From a virus, in IMG/VR virus record IMGVR_UViG_3300031857_000027: a DNA stretch of 64,000 nt; one strand, written 5' to 3'. The position numbers and the translations under genes are program-made. The stretch's first letter is position 1, and every line of letters begins with the position of its first letter. The notes beneath the pieces were generated by a model, which did no database searches, had not been told where the DNA came from, and saw nothing but the letters and a program-made list of their open reading frames with translations. Positions 1 to 8,519 of this stretch are shown piece by piece.

Positions 1-174
1 GTAGACATATTCACGAACCGCAGTATCGGTCGCCTCTTCAAAACCTTCTACCCTTGAAATAGCGGTAAGTACATCATTCACACATTCCCAAGAATAATTA
101 TGCTCTTTTGCGAAAATCACAATCCCGTCAATCACACGATTGCCGTTGTCTGTAAACATACCATAGTGTCTCAT
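1..174 (-). CDS. hypothetical protein (partial, runs off window start)
   Basis: Open frame MRHYGMFTDNGNRVIDGIV... read manually; GGAG SD at 181-184. Confidence 0.6.
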   Translation of the reverse strand, partial: MRHYGMFTDNGNRVIDGIVIFAKEHNYSWECVNDVLTAISRVEGFEEATDTAVREYVY

Positions 175-185
175 CACATTCTCCA

Positions 186-458
186 TTATTTAAACACAAT
201 CAAAGCCAACAGTATGCTGTTAAAGAAGAAACCAACAGCGTTACTAATTATGTATAATTTATCGTTACGACCCAAAGCACGGATCAGAAACAGAAACAAT
301 CCGCCCCAGACCATCAACACCATGCTTAGTGGTGGCAACTTATCAGTATAACCGAAAATCACACCAAGGCTAGTAGGAAGAGTAGCAGCATGAATCATAA
401 CCATACCGACCCAACCACATGCTTCACTTATATCAAACTTAACAACTTTCTTTCTCAT
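186..458 (-). CDS. small membrane protein (about 3 TM)
   Basis: Three hydrophobic segments; downstream of a sigma70-like promoter. Confidence 0.65.
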   Translation of the reverse strand: MRKKVVKFDISEACGWVGMVMIHAATLPTSLGVIFGYTDKLPPLSMVLMVWGGLFLFLIRALGRNDKLYIISNAVGFFFNSILLALIVFK

Positions 459-486
459 TTTTTACTCACTTTCTCATCACATTGTT

Positions 487-515
487 AGTATGGCGGAAAG
501 CGGTAAGATTGTCAA
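487..515 (-). promoter_or_regulatory. sigma70-type promoter TTGACA-N17-CATACT within an inverted repeat (489-550)
   Basis: -35 at 510-515, -10 at 487-492, 17-nt spacer. Confidence 0.65.
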
Positions 516-589
516 CCATTATCTGCTAGGGGCCTGCCTTTTTCGCCATAATGATTTCTTTTTGACAACTTTTGTGTCAACTGGTGTTG

Positions 590-919
590 TCATTTTTGCA
601 CCTTTCTTATCAATTGAACATCATCATTCGGTGTCACAAATATTCTTGCACGAATGATAATTTCGTCATTTGCATAATCTTGTTGTTTTGTAAACTCTAT
701 GCAATTAGCATCCATAATCTCACGCACCATCAATGAAATTAGTCTATTTTTTACTTCAATATCATCCATTTGTTCGGCTTCATATGGCGACATTTTTAAT
801 GTGGTCGTCAACATTTGACCTTGAATAATATAATCTGCACTTGCAGGTGGAAATATTCCAATTGATGGTGTTGAAGCATCTATATTGCCAACTCCTTGAC
901 TACTTGGTTTAAGGGTCAT
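590..919 (-). CDS. hypothetical protein
   Basis: 109-aa ORF with GGAG SD. Confidence 0.6.
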   Translation of the reverse strand: MTLKPSSQGVGNIDASTPSIGIFPPASADYIIQGQMLTTTLKMSPYEAEQMDDIEVKNRLISLMVREIMDANCIEFTKQQDYANDEIIIRARIFVTPNDDVQLIRKVQK

Positions 920-938
920 TTTATCTCCATAATAAAAT

Positions 939-1013
939 TGGTCCGGCTGCCAGGAATCGAACCTGGATCACAAGATTAGAAGTCATGTGTATTATCCATT
1001 ATACTACAGCCAG
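939..1013 (-). tRNA. tRNA-Arg(TCT)
   Basis: Cloverleaf, GGTTCGATTCC T-arm, anticodon loop CTTCTAA, encoded CCA. Confidence 0.92.
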
Positions 1014-1015
1014 AG

Positions 1016-1091
1016 TGGTGGGCTGTGCAGGACTTGAACCTGCACTCAACGAATTATGAGTTCGCTGCTTTGACCATTAAGCTAACAGCCC
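1016..1091 (-). tRNA. tRNA-CAT, most likely Ile2 (lysidine type), otherwise Met
   Basis: Cloverleaf, loop CTCATAA, GGTTCAAGTCC, CCA; overall resemblance to bacterial tRNA-Ile2. Confidence 0.88.
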
Positions 1092-1095
1092 GAAA

Positions 1096-1180
1096 TGGTG
1101 CGACTAGCCAGAATCGAACTGGCAAACCTTTCGGCGGCAGATTTTAAGTCTGCTGTGTTTACCTATTTCACCATAGTCGC
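1096..1180 (-). tRNA. tRNA-Leu(TAA)
   Basis: Cloverleaf with long variable arm, loop CTTAAAA, CCA end. Confidence 0.92.
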
Positions 1181-1369
1181 TTAATAATACTTAACGTAGA
1201 TACATCTTGGGCTTACACGATAGCCATCCATGCGCCACTGTTCTTTCACTCTGTCACGTTCTTTGTGACATTGTTCAAGGCTACGCTGTGGTGCTTCTAT
1301 CACACCTTTGCTTTGTACAAGTTCAGTGTTTGATTGCAGCATGTATAGACTAATCATTAAAACCCACAT
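1181..1369 (-). CDS. small exported hypothetical protein
   Basis: Hydrophobic N-terminus, two Cys; stop codon abuts tRNA-Leu. Confidence 0.55.
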   Translation of the reverse strand: MWVLMISLYMLQSNTELVQSKGVIEAPQRSLEQCHKERDRVKEQWRMDGYRVSPRCIYVKYY

Positions 1370-2094
1370 TAGTATCCACCTGCCATATTATCTGGTCGTG
1401 CTTCACTACGCTGTGGTGCATCGGTATCTTGATCTTTTAAGTGTAGACCAGTCAGACTATGTTCATCACCAATATAACCTTTGAGGAATGTATTGATAGC
1501 AATACTCACTCTGGTATCATTGCTTGTTGTTTGTTCTACCATATGTGTAAGATATGATGGGAAAATAACAACATCGCCAGTGCCTACAGAAAACCACCAT
1601 GATTCTGAATTGTATGGGTTGAAGTTTTCTGTAGGCAAATTGATTCGGTTGTAACCTTCTTTATAAAATGTAATACGATCTTTTTCTTTATCAGTATTCA
1701 CATAAATGCATCCTGATAACCAACTGTTTGGGTGTGCGTGTTTGTGGTGAAATTGTCCTGTGTCAGTGTAATTCATCCATGACTGTGTAATGTATGTTTC
1801 AACAGAATATTTTGGTGCGTATATCTTTTCCATGTAGTAATTCAAATAGAATTGATAATGATCACGAATTTCTTTCATGGCCGGATGATCTAGCACATAA
1901 CGGTCAGAACTTGTCTTATTGCCTGTGTTTTGTGTCGTAGATTTTGCAGTCTCTTCAAAAAATTCTTTTTCTTCTTTTGTCCAATCACGGTGAAATTTGG
2001 CGAACAGCACTGGTGTTGGAAATAAACCATGCACATTAGGCTCAGGCATAATTTTGATCACACTATTTTTTTCTTTCATTTTCTTCCCTATCAA
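1369..2094 (-). CDS. putative 2OG-Fe(II) oxygenase (TIGR02466-like); start may be 2079
   Basis: LFPTP, SWMN, HxH (HAHPNS), FPSYLTHMV and RVSIAIN motifs. Confidence 0.8.
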   Translation of the reverse strand: MIGKKMKEKNSVIKIMPEPNVHGLFPTPVLFAKFHRDWTKEEKEFFEETAKSTTQNTGNKTSSDRYVLDHPAMKEIRDHYQFYLNYYMEKIYAPKYSVETYITQSWMNYTDTGQFHHKHAHPNSWLSGCIYVNTDKEKDRITFYKEGYNRINLPTENFNPYNSESWWFSVGTGDVVIFPSYLTHMVEQTTSNDTRVSIAINTFLKGYIGDEHSLTGLHLKDQDTDAPQRSEARPDNMAGGY

Positions 2095-2224
2095 TATCTA
2101 ACCACAAATAACCGGCTTGTTCGTCAATCACTCGTTGTGACCACATCTCTTCATTCTCTAGAACAGGCACATCATATTCTGGTGCCATCCAAGGCTTACT
2201 TGTATTTGCTTTCGAAGTATTCAT
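2063..2224 (-). CDS. small hypothetical protein (53 aa)
   Basis: Manually read ORF MNTSKANTSKPWMAPEYDVP... filling the gap. Confidence 0.4.
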   Translation of the reverse strand: MNTSKANTSKPWMAPEYDVPVLENEEMWSQRVIDEQAGYLWLDIDREENERKK

Positions 2225-2414
2225 TTACTTTAAACTTTGCCTCTTCCATTGATGCTGCTATGACTTTTACCCATGCTACACCACCGGCAATCTCCATATC
2301 AAACGGTACAGGACCATCAAATTGAAATTCTTCCGGCATCACTATTTCAATCTCATACTCTTCAAGATTTTGTATGCGTTTCATTACCGCTTCAAATTCG
2401 GCTCGGCGTGTCAT
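2196..2414 (-). CDS. hypothetical protein
   Basis: 72-aa acidic ORF in the operon. Confidence 0.6.
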   Translation of the reverse strand: MTRRAEFEAVMKRIQNLEEYEIEIVMPEEFQFDGPVPFDMEIAGGVAWVKVIAASMEEAKFKVNEYFESKYK

Positions 2415-3276
2415 AATAATCTCCTATCACTCCATTATACACAACTCGTTTTACAGTGTCAACTCTGTGTGAAGAGTTTCGTGCGCCCATTACAACTATT
2501 ACCTCATGGTAATCTCTGTCACCATCTGTTTTATGTACCATAATTGCCACACAAAATCCTGCCGGGTTTGTATAGCCAGTCTTACTTACCTGAACACCAT
2601 TGACTTGTGATAATATGGCAGTGTTCGTATTATGTAGAACTAGGACTCTAGCCTTTTGTTTGACCTGTGTCAAAATTGTTGCCACTTTTTTGGTAGAAAT
2701 GTCACGAATCTCTGGATAGTTTGCTGATTCAATGACCATCTGTGTTACATCACTGGCGGTGCTTACATTGTATTTACTCAAGCCTGATGGATCATCAAAA
2801 CTTGTGCTATACATGTCCAACATCAATGCTCTTGAATTCATATGATGAATGAATCGTTGACGACCACCAGGATAATCTGCTGCTAATGTTTCCGCTGCTG
2901 CATTATCACTCTTAATCAATAGCATATGAAACAATTCACCACGTGTGTATTCACGGTTTGGCATTTTACTGCCTGCCAATTTACTTAACACAAGTTTGCG
3001 GTTCATATCACGATCATAATCTAGTGCAACCATGGCAGTCATCAATTTCGTCATGCTAGCCAATGCACGAACTTGATCAATGTTTTGTGAACGTGTAATC
3101 TTACTATCTGTGATATTCGTTACCATCACTGATATGTTGCCGTAAGTTTGCACGGCATATTGTTTTTCTTTCTTTTTTCTTTTGTGTTTAGGCTTGGCAT
3201 CGGCTGCTGAAACAGTCAGAAAAAATAAAACAAAAAATGCTACAAGCCACTGTGTAAGTGTAAGTTGTTTGTTCAT
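2392..3276 (-). CDS. D-alanyl-D-alanine endo/carboxypeptidase (peptidase S11, PBP7/PbpG-like)
   Basis: Signal peptide; SxxK (ASMTK), SxN (SDN) and KTG (SKTG) motifs. Confidence 0.9.
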   Translation of the reverse strand: MNKQLTLTQWLVAFFVLFFLTVSAADAKPKHKRKKKEKQYAVQTYGNISVMVTNITDSKITRSQNIDQVRALASMTKLMTAMVALDYDRDMNRKLVLSKLAGSKMPNREYTRGELFHMLLIKSDNAAAETLAADYPGGRQRFIHHMNSRALMLDMYSTSFDDPSGLSKYNVSTASDVTQMVIESANYPEIRDISTKKVATILTQVKQKARVLVLHNTNTAILSQVNGVQVSKTGYTNPAGFCVAIMVHKTDGDRDYHEVIVVMGARNSSHRVDTVKRVVYNGVIGDYYDTPSRI

Positions 3277-3387
3277 TGGGTGATTGTGAAAAAAATATAC
3301 GGTAAAGTTATTACCGTAAAGAATACAACGATATAGAAGAATAGATATCTGAATAGAGTGTTCATCGCCCTCTCCTTGGGCGACAAC

Positions 3388-3639
3388 TTATTTCAGTTTA
3401 TCACCCACTTGTTTAACTGTCTTTTCGTAGCCTTCACAAAGTTCCATGTAGTATTGAACCTCATTCCATGCATGTAGTATTTGAAATTTTGCTTCATACA
3501 ATGTATTCGTCAGTGCTTTATATCTGTCTCTAGGACCATTTTCAATAAGTGTTATTAAGATGTCAAGTTTGTCAATGATATTAACATCGTCAATGTCAAC
3601 CTTATCATCATCGCCAAAATTGTCGGGTTCATCTGTCAT
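3388..3639 (-). CDS. hypothetical protein
   Basis: 83-aa ORF overlapping the upstream stop. Confidence 0.55.
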   Translation of the reverse strand: MTDEPDNFGDDDKVDIDDVNIIDKLDILITLIENGPRDRYKALTNTLYEAKFQILHAWNEVQYYMELCEGYEKTVKQVGDKLK

Positions 3640-3842
3640 TTTTCGCCTTTTTCAAGCAGTTTAATTGCATCTTTTGTATACCTTATTTCTTTGTTAAGTG
3701 CATCACGGATTTCATGTAATTCTAGCAACTTTGCTCTCAAACGGTTAAGTTCCTCGTTTTCATCCGTGGACTTTTTTTTGGGTGTAAATGTATATATCTC
3801 AGCCATAATTGAAAGTTTATCATCACTATCAATTTTTGTCAA
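3636..3842 (-). CDS. hypothetical coiled-coil protein (start possibly about 3806)
   Basis: ORF track; heptad pattern. Confidence 0.5.
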   Translation of the reverse strand: MTKIDSDDKLSIMAEIYTFTPKKKSTDENEELNRLRAKLLELHEIRDALNKEIRYTKDAIKLLEKGEK

Positions 3843-3979
3843 TCATCCACATCATCTTCATCCATTAATGCCCACATAATCAGAAACCCCATCATAGCAA
3901 GAATTATACCGAACACATCACCCATTTGCATGGCAATTACAATTAGAATTAGAAACAATAAAAAGATAAATGTTTTCAT
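3839..3979 (-). CDS. small membrane protein (46 aa)
   Basis: Manually read MKTFIFLLFLILIVIAMQ...DEDDVDD. Confidence 0.5.
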   Translation of the reverse strand: MKTFIFLLFLILIVIAMQMGDVFGIILAMMGFLIMWALMDEDDVDD

Positions 3980-4293
3980 TACCATTTCTCCGCTCGTTGC
4001 CATGTGTCATCATAGTCTGCCACATAGTCAGTAACATCAGGAATATTTACCACATAATCTTCCATGTCGGGTATGTGTATCTCTTCACCTTTTCTAAGGG
4101 CTGTAAGATATTTGCCGGCCTTTGCACGTGTTGCTGCACCTTCGGGTGTTTGATGATAGTCTAATAGTTTTTGTGAACGAACTGCTTTGTCTTCTTCAGT
4201 GTGTTCACGCACATTGCCACACGAACGTGAACAATATGGTCCACGTTTATTGTGTGTTGTGCCACATCTAGGACATGTTTTTTGTGCGGGCAT
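3979..4293 (-). CDS. zinc-finger hypothetical protein
   Basis: CPRC...CSRSC motif. Confidence 0.65.
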   Translation of the reverse strand: MPAQKTCPRCGTTHNKRGPYCSRSCGNVREHTEEDKAVRSQKLLDYHQTPEGAATRAKAGKYLTALRKGEEIHIPDMEDYVVNIPDVTDYVADYDDTWQRAEKW

Positions 4294-4891
4294 TTTCTTC
4301 TAGTGTTTTCTCTATGTATTCACAGAGCCAATGACCTAAAATTAAATGACCTTCTTGTATGCGGGGTGTTGATGTTGATGGTATGGCAATATAATAATCA
4401 GAGTAATCATACATCCACGTTGTTTTCATACCCGTGAATGCAATATTGACCAATCCATTAATTTTACCAAACTTCATTGCCTCAAGCACATTTGGAGATT
4501 GACCAGAAGTTGAAAGATAAATTGCCACATCACCAGGTCTTGAGAGTGCTTGTAGTTGTCTTGAAAAAATATATTTGAAACCCAAATCATTACCAATTGC
4601 AGTGAGAATTGAAGTGTCGGTGTTTAATGCAATAGCGGCATATGCATCACTTTGTAAATTGAAATAAGAAACTAATTCACCAGCAAGGTGTTGTGCTTCT
4701 GCTGCTGAACCACCATTACCCATGAAAAAGATTTTATTGCCATTCTTTAGTGCATTCACACAGGCTTCAGCGGCAAGTTTAGTTTGTTCTAATGGATTTG
4801 GTATTGGTCGTGATGCGAATTCAAGTGGAGCATCTGTCAATAAACAATCAATCACCGCTTTGGTGTCCTTCAAAGACTCATAAATGTTCAT
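4268..4891 (-). CDS. gmhA: phosphoheptose isomerase (SIS domain)
   Basis: GNGGSAAEAQH, STSG.S.NV and TPRIQEGH motifs. Confidence 0.92.
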   Translation of the reverse strand: MNIYESLKDTKAVIDCLLTDAPLEFASRPIPNPLEQTKLAAEACVNALKNGNKIFFMGNGGSAAEAQHLAGELVSYFNLQSDAYAAIALNTDTSILTAIGNDLGFKYIFSRQLQALSRPGDVAIYLSTSGQSPNVLEAMKFGKINGLVNIAFTGMKTTWMYDYSDYYIAIPSTSTPRIQEGHLILGHWLCEYIEKTLEENARTKNMS

Positions 4892-4899
4892 AACAATTC

Positions 4900-5169
4900 C
4901 TATGCTGATTGAAAAATGTCCTGTGCCCTACATGTGGTAATGAAATTGATAAATGCCACTGCTTCACTTTCATCTTCATAATAACGAAGAATTGTTTGGC
5001 CTGTGTATTTTGAAATGATCATCAATAGAATATAGTGGTCACGGTAGGTGGAGAATTTAATCCACCAACCGTTTCTGACCACCGGCTGCCAAAATTTGGT
5101 TTTACCCTCTATATCAAGCCTTAGATTCTTTGTTTTCCGATTTGATGATTTTTTTTGCATCTTCTGCAA
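4900..5169 (-). CDS. hypothetical protein (start uncertain)
   Basis: ORF track. Confidence 0.45.
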   Translation of the reverse strand: MQKMQKKSSNRKTKNLRLDIEGKTKFWQPVVRNGWWIKFSTYRDHYILLMIISKYTGQTILRYYEDESEAVAFINFITTCRAQDIFQSA

Positions 5170-5362
5170 TGTTGTTATTCAGATTTACCACTTTCTTTGT
5201 ATATGTAGTAAAACTGTTGTCTGTAACACTGTCAAAATAGGCAATGGTGTGATCAACCAAAATTTTGTTGAAATCAATTGTCTTGATTGTTGCACTTTCA
5301 GCCTTGCGCTGAATATCATTCCATGTGTAGAATGTTGGTAATTGTGGTTGATTTAAAAACAT
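5114..5362 (-). CDS. hypothetical protein
   Basis: 82 aa with AGGAG SD. Confidence 0.55.
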   Translation of the reverse strand: MFLNQPQLPTFYTWNDIQRKAESATIKTIDFNKILVDHTIAYFDSVTDNSFTTYTKKVVNLNNNIAEDAKKIIKSENKESKA

Positions 5363-5499
5363 TGTAATCTCCTTTTGTAATTGAACTCTTTAATAAGTTG
5401 TTCTACATCTGCCGTAGTTTTTGGATCTCTTGTTGCGATAAAATACTCAATTTCAGTCATTTGTCGCTGAGTAAACCAATTAATAAATTTCTTAAACAT
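5353..5499 (-). CDS. small hypothetical protein (48 aa)
   Basis: Manually read MFKKFINWFTQRQMTEIEYFIATRDP...; AGGAG SD. Confidence 0.55.
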   Translation of the reverse strand: MFKKFINWFTQRQMTEIEYFIATRDPKTTADVEQLIKEFNYKRRLQCF

Positions 5500-5554
5500 C
5501 GTTGCTTCTCCTTATATACTAGTATATAGTATTTTTTGCTGCTTTGCAACATTT

Positions 5555-5965
5555 TTAAGAGGCAATTATTTGAAGATTTTTTAGATGTGCCCGTCTAACT
5601 TTTGCTGAGACCCAATCATTATAGTATACACTATCCAGTAAAGCATGTCTACTGAATATTTCATAGGTTTCAAAGTAGGAGCATTCGGACTTTGATTTGC
5701 AGAGGTGTAGAATAGTCCTGCGGAAATTATGTTCGCCTAATTCGGCAACTTCTCTTTTAAGTGTTTCATTGGAACCCCAATAGGTTTCCCAGTCTGAAGT
5801 TTTTCGTATCTTTTTTTTCTTGCCGTTGACTTGCTTGTAGCCAGCGCATGTAAAGTATTTGCGTCCAATATATTTTCTTCCTGTAATAAGATTCTCTATC
5901 AGGTAGACAAAACCAAAATGTGTGCCGTCTTCTTCAAACGGCACACCATCGCAATACCATGTCAT
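5555..5965 (-). CDS. GIY-YIG nuclease-family protein
   Basis: GFVYLI...YIGRK, YWGS and conserved Glu/YN motifs. Confidence 0.75.
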   Translation of the reverse strand: MTWYCDGVPFEEDGTHFGFVYLIENLITGRKYIGRKYFTCAGYKQVNGKKKKIRKTSDWETYWGSNETLKREVAELGEHNFRRTILHLCKSKSECSYFETYEIFSRHALLDSVYYNDWVSAKVRRAHLKNLQIIAS

Positions 5966-6126
5966 AGAGGTTCATCATCTTCATCTTCATCAAAATCTTC
6001 TTGATCAAGTAAAAGATATTCGCCACAAAAACTACAGTACAAAGGGTCAGTTTCGGTTTCCAATTCATTATAAGAAATGCTGAATTCAGAACTACATGCC
6101 GAACACTGGTGATTGATCCTAATCAT
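5962..6126 (-). CDS. small zinc-ribbon protein with acidic tail (54 aa)
   Basis: Manually read CSAC...CSFCG...DEDEDDEPL. Confidence 0.65.
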   Translation of the reverse strand: MIRINHQCSACSSEFSISYNELETETDPLYCSFCGEYLLLDQEDFDEDEDDEPL

Positions 6127-6561
6127 TTAATTACACCAAGATTGTTTTGCCTCACCGTAGTATTCACGTGCAAAGCCATTTTGAATTAACATTGAACGAA
6201 GACTCTGACCATCTAAAACGATATCACCCAATACACGACCACCAAATTTATCCCACCCATAGAGAGTGACTTGACGCTTAGTTGATTTAGCAACGGCGTT
6301 GGTTGTAAATTTAGTAGCGGCTTTTCCTCTTTCATCTTCTTGTGGGCATTGGGCACGAAAGCCTTTCTCTGGTGTATCTACTCCATAAATTCTAACGGCA
6401 AGTTCAGGCTTCAATGGTGCTGGTAAAAATGGTGCAGAAATGACCACAGTATCACCATCATTTACACGAACGATTTGTGCATCATATGTTACACCTTGTG
6501 GTGCTTTCTGTGCCAGAGCCAGTGATGGCACTAACAGTAATGCAAATAATAATTTTTTCAT
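6127..6561 (-). CDS. secreted staphylococcal-nuclease (thermonuclease) family protein
   Basis: Signal peptide; DGDT, RIYGVDTPE and DKFGGRVLG motifs. Confidence 0.88.
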   Translation of the reverse strand: MKKLLFALLLVPSLALAQKAPQGVTYDAQIVRVNDGDTVVISAPFLPAPLKPELAVRIYGVDTPEKGFRAQCPQEDERGKAATKFTTNAVAKSTKRQVTLYGWDKFGGRVLGDIVLDGQSLRSMLIQNGFAREYYGEAKQSWCN

Positions 6562-7013
6562 ATTGATTCCTTACAAACAAGATTTAAAATGTCAAAACGT
6601 GTGGTATTAGGTACATTGAGTGAAACAATGTGTGAATTAACCTCATATGAATTACGGAAAATTACTTTATTGTTCGCATCAACATACAAATCCATGAGAA
6701 GCATTAACTTTTGTTTACCACAATGCAATGAACCATAAACATATAATGCAGTCGCAGGAACATCTACGCCATACATGTAATGTGGTTCGTGATATGGTAC
6801 AAATGCATGAAATTTAACAATCTCATTTTCTGCACCAATCATGCTTTTCTCAATGTATATATCGTGTCCGTCCGACTTGGCTACAAAATACCAGTCGTTT
6901 TGATTGTGTATGATTACATCATCTGCTGTGATGTTGAGTAGAAACTCTGGCTGTGCTGCATGTGACGAAATCGCCAAAAAAACAGCAAGTATAAAAGAAC
7001 ATAGGTATTTCAT
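6558..7013 (-). CDS. secreted hypothetical protein
   Basis: Signal peptide, beta-rich, Cys pair. Confidence 0.6.
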   Translation of the reverse strand: MKYLCSFILAVFLAISSHAAQPEFLLNITADDVIIHNQNDWYFVAKSDGHDIYIEKSMIGAENEIVKFHAFVPYHEPHYMYGVDVPATALYVYGSLHCGKQKLMLLMDLYVDANNKVIFRNSYEVNSHIVSLNVPNTTRFDILNLVCKESI

Positions 7014-7031
7014 GATACCCTCCGAAACACC

Positions 7032-7039
7032 TATTTAGA
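7032..7039 (-). promoter_or_regulatory. T4-type late promoter candidate (TCTAAATA)
   Basis: Variant of gp55 consensus TATAAATA just upstream of the 7013 start. Confidence 0.5.
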
Positions 7040-7103
7040 GAATAAATTAAATTACTGGTTACGGCTCCAGCGTCACCTGATCGTTGTGACCGATTTTTCT
7101 ATT

Positions 7104-8510
7104 TTAGAAACTTAATTGACTTCTAAGCATGATCGCTTTCTCACCATTTACACGACTACCAGAACTGCCGACAAGTGCATCAAACTTAGTATCAACATAG
7201 TTTACCATAAATCTCAAGTTGTCAGTGCAAAACCAAGTTAGACCGTATGTCATAGCAGTAGCACGATTTGATTTACCTGTTGCCACTGTGATTGTGCTTG
7301 CATCAAACTCACTCATACGAACACCAACTTGCCATGCACCCTTGCCACCCTTATCAATAGGATTGTTTGGTTTAATCCAACCAAACGCACCATCTTTATA
7401 TGCATGTGATTCACCAGTCAAATTATACACCGCTTGAACATAATAACCTTTGATTTCTTGATTGTTGCCGGTTAGTGGATCGTATTTGAAGTTGAACTGC
7501 TCACCCTGAACTTTGAAACCTTCATACGCAAATGCTGCTTCTAATCCTTGGCGTGTTCTTATAGTGTCACCACTCAACGCTGAACCAGTAAACCAAGCGG
7601 ACTGCATACGTGATTCTGTTCTACCACTAACTGGTATAACACCACCTTTAATTTCACCTGTGCTATAAGCCGCACCTAAGTGTGCAGTGTATGCTTTGCT
7701 GCCTGTTAGTTCAGCAATGTTAGTGGTTACACGACCAATATAATCAAAACCGTCGAACTCTGCGTTCTTATTGGCTTTGCCTCTACTTGCCGCTATGGCA
7801 TATGTAAGGCCAGGCTTTGGTACACCGTGTAACATGAAACCCGTTTCTTTTGCAGGAATTAATTCTGAATCATTCTGACCAATCAAGCTACGTTCCATAA
7901 AATCTAAATTGTTTGAGCTAGTCAATTGTTCAAGACTGAATGGCATTTTAAACAAACCAAATTGAAATTGCATCTCTGGATTTGCTGCATAGTTTACCCA
8001 CATTTCATCTGCTGTTGATGATGTAGAACTAAACCCATCGCTTGCACCAAAGTTTGCTAATAATTGATACTTAAAATCTTTAGCAAACTGACCACGAACA
8101 CCAAATCTACCACGGCGCATCTCTGCTATGTTTTGGTACGAATCTGTGGTTTGACCGACACCATAATCTGGCGTGTAGTGTCGATAGTCCATATGAATTC
8201 TACCTGTAAGTTGAATGGTGTTGTTACCATCTTTTGATTTAAGTCCAATTCCATTTTCTGTGACTGAACCATCGTTTGCTCTTGCTTGTCTATATTTGAC
8301 TGAATCGCTAACGTCTTTGTCAATTCGCTGTTCTGCAAACTTTTTGTTTTCTTCTCTTTCTTCATATGCTTTGAGTTTTGATTCATATTCTTTTTGAGTG
8401 ATTACATTTTTCTCTCTGAGAATATTCAATGTGTCTTTATACTCATCAGCATATGCAGGAATTACTGCTGCTAGTGCAACTACGATAGAAAGTTTTTTAA
8501 ATAGTTTCAT
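7104..8510 (-). CDS. phosphate-selective porin OprO/OprP family
   Basis: Signal peptide, GLFKMPFSLEQLTSS...FMERS motif, C-terminal Phe, adjacent to pstS. Confidence 0.88.
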   Translation of the reverse strand: MKLFKKLSIVVALAAVIPAYADEYKDTLNILREKNVITQKEYESKLKAYEEREENKKFAEQRIDKDVSDSVKYRQARANDGSVTENGIGLKSKDGNNTIQLTGRIHMDYRHYTPDYGVGQTTDSYQNIAEMRRGRFGVRGQFAKDFKYQLLANFGASDGFSSTSSTADEMWVNYAANPEMQFQFGLFKMPFSLEQLTSSNNLDFMERSLIGQNDSELIPAKETGFMLHGVPKPGLTYAIAASRGKANKNAEFDGFDYIGRVTTNIAELTGSKAYTAHLGAAYSTGEIKGGVIPVSGRTESRMQSAWFTGSALSGDTIRTRQGLEAAFAYEGFKVQGEQFNFKYDPLTGNNQEIKGYYVQAVYNLTGESHAYKDGAFGWIKPNNPIDKGGKGAWQVGVRMSEFDASTITVATGKSNRATAMTYGLTWFCTDNLRFMVNYVDTKFDALVGSSGSRVNGEKAIMLRSQLSF

Positions 8511-8519
8511 GATATATCC

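Noticed and set aside
491-550. Possible fourth tRNA (ends ...CTTTCCGCCA on the minus strand)
   Set aside because: No TTCGA T-loop, D-arm or anticodon arm; better explained as a promoter plus inverted repeat
5555-5965. GIY-YIG ORF as a mobile homing endonuclease
   Set aside because: Only 136 aa, no C-terminal DNA-binding repeats, and not inserted in a conserved gene
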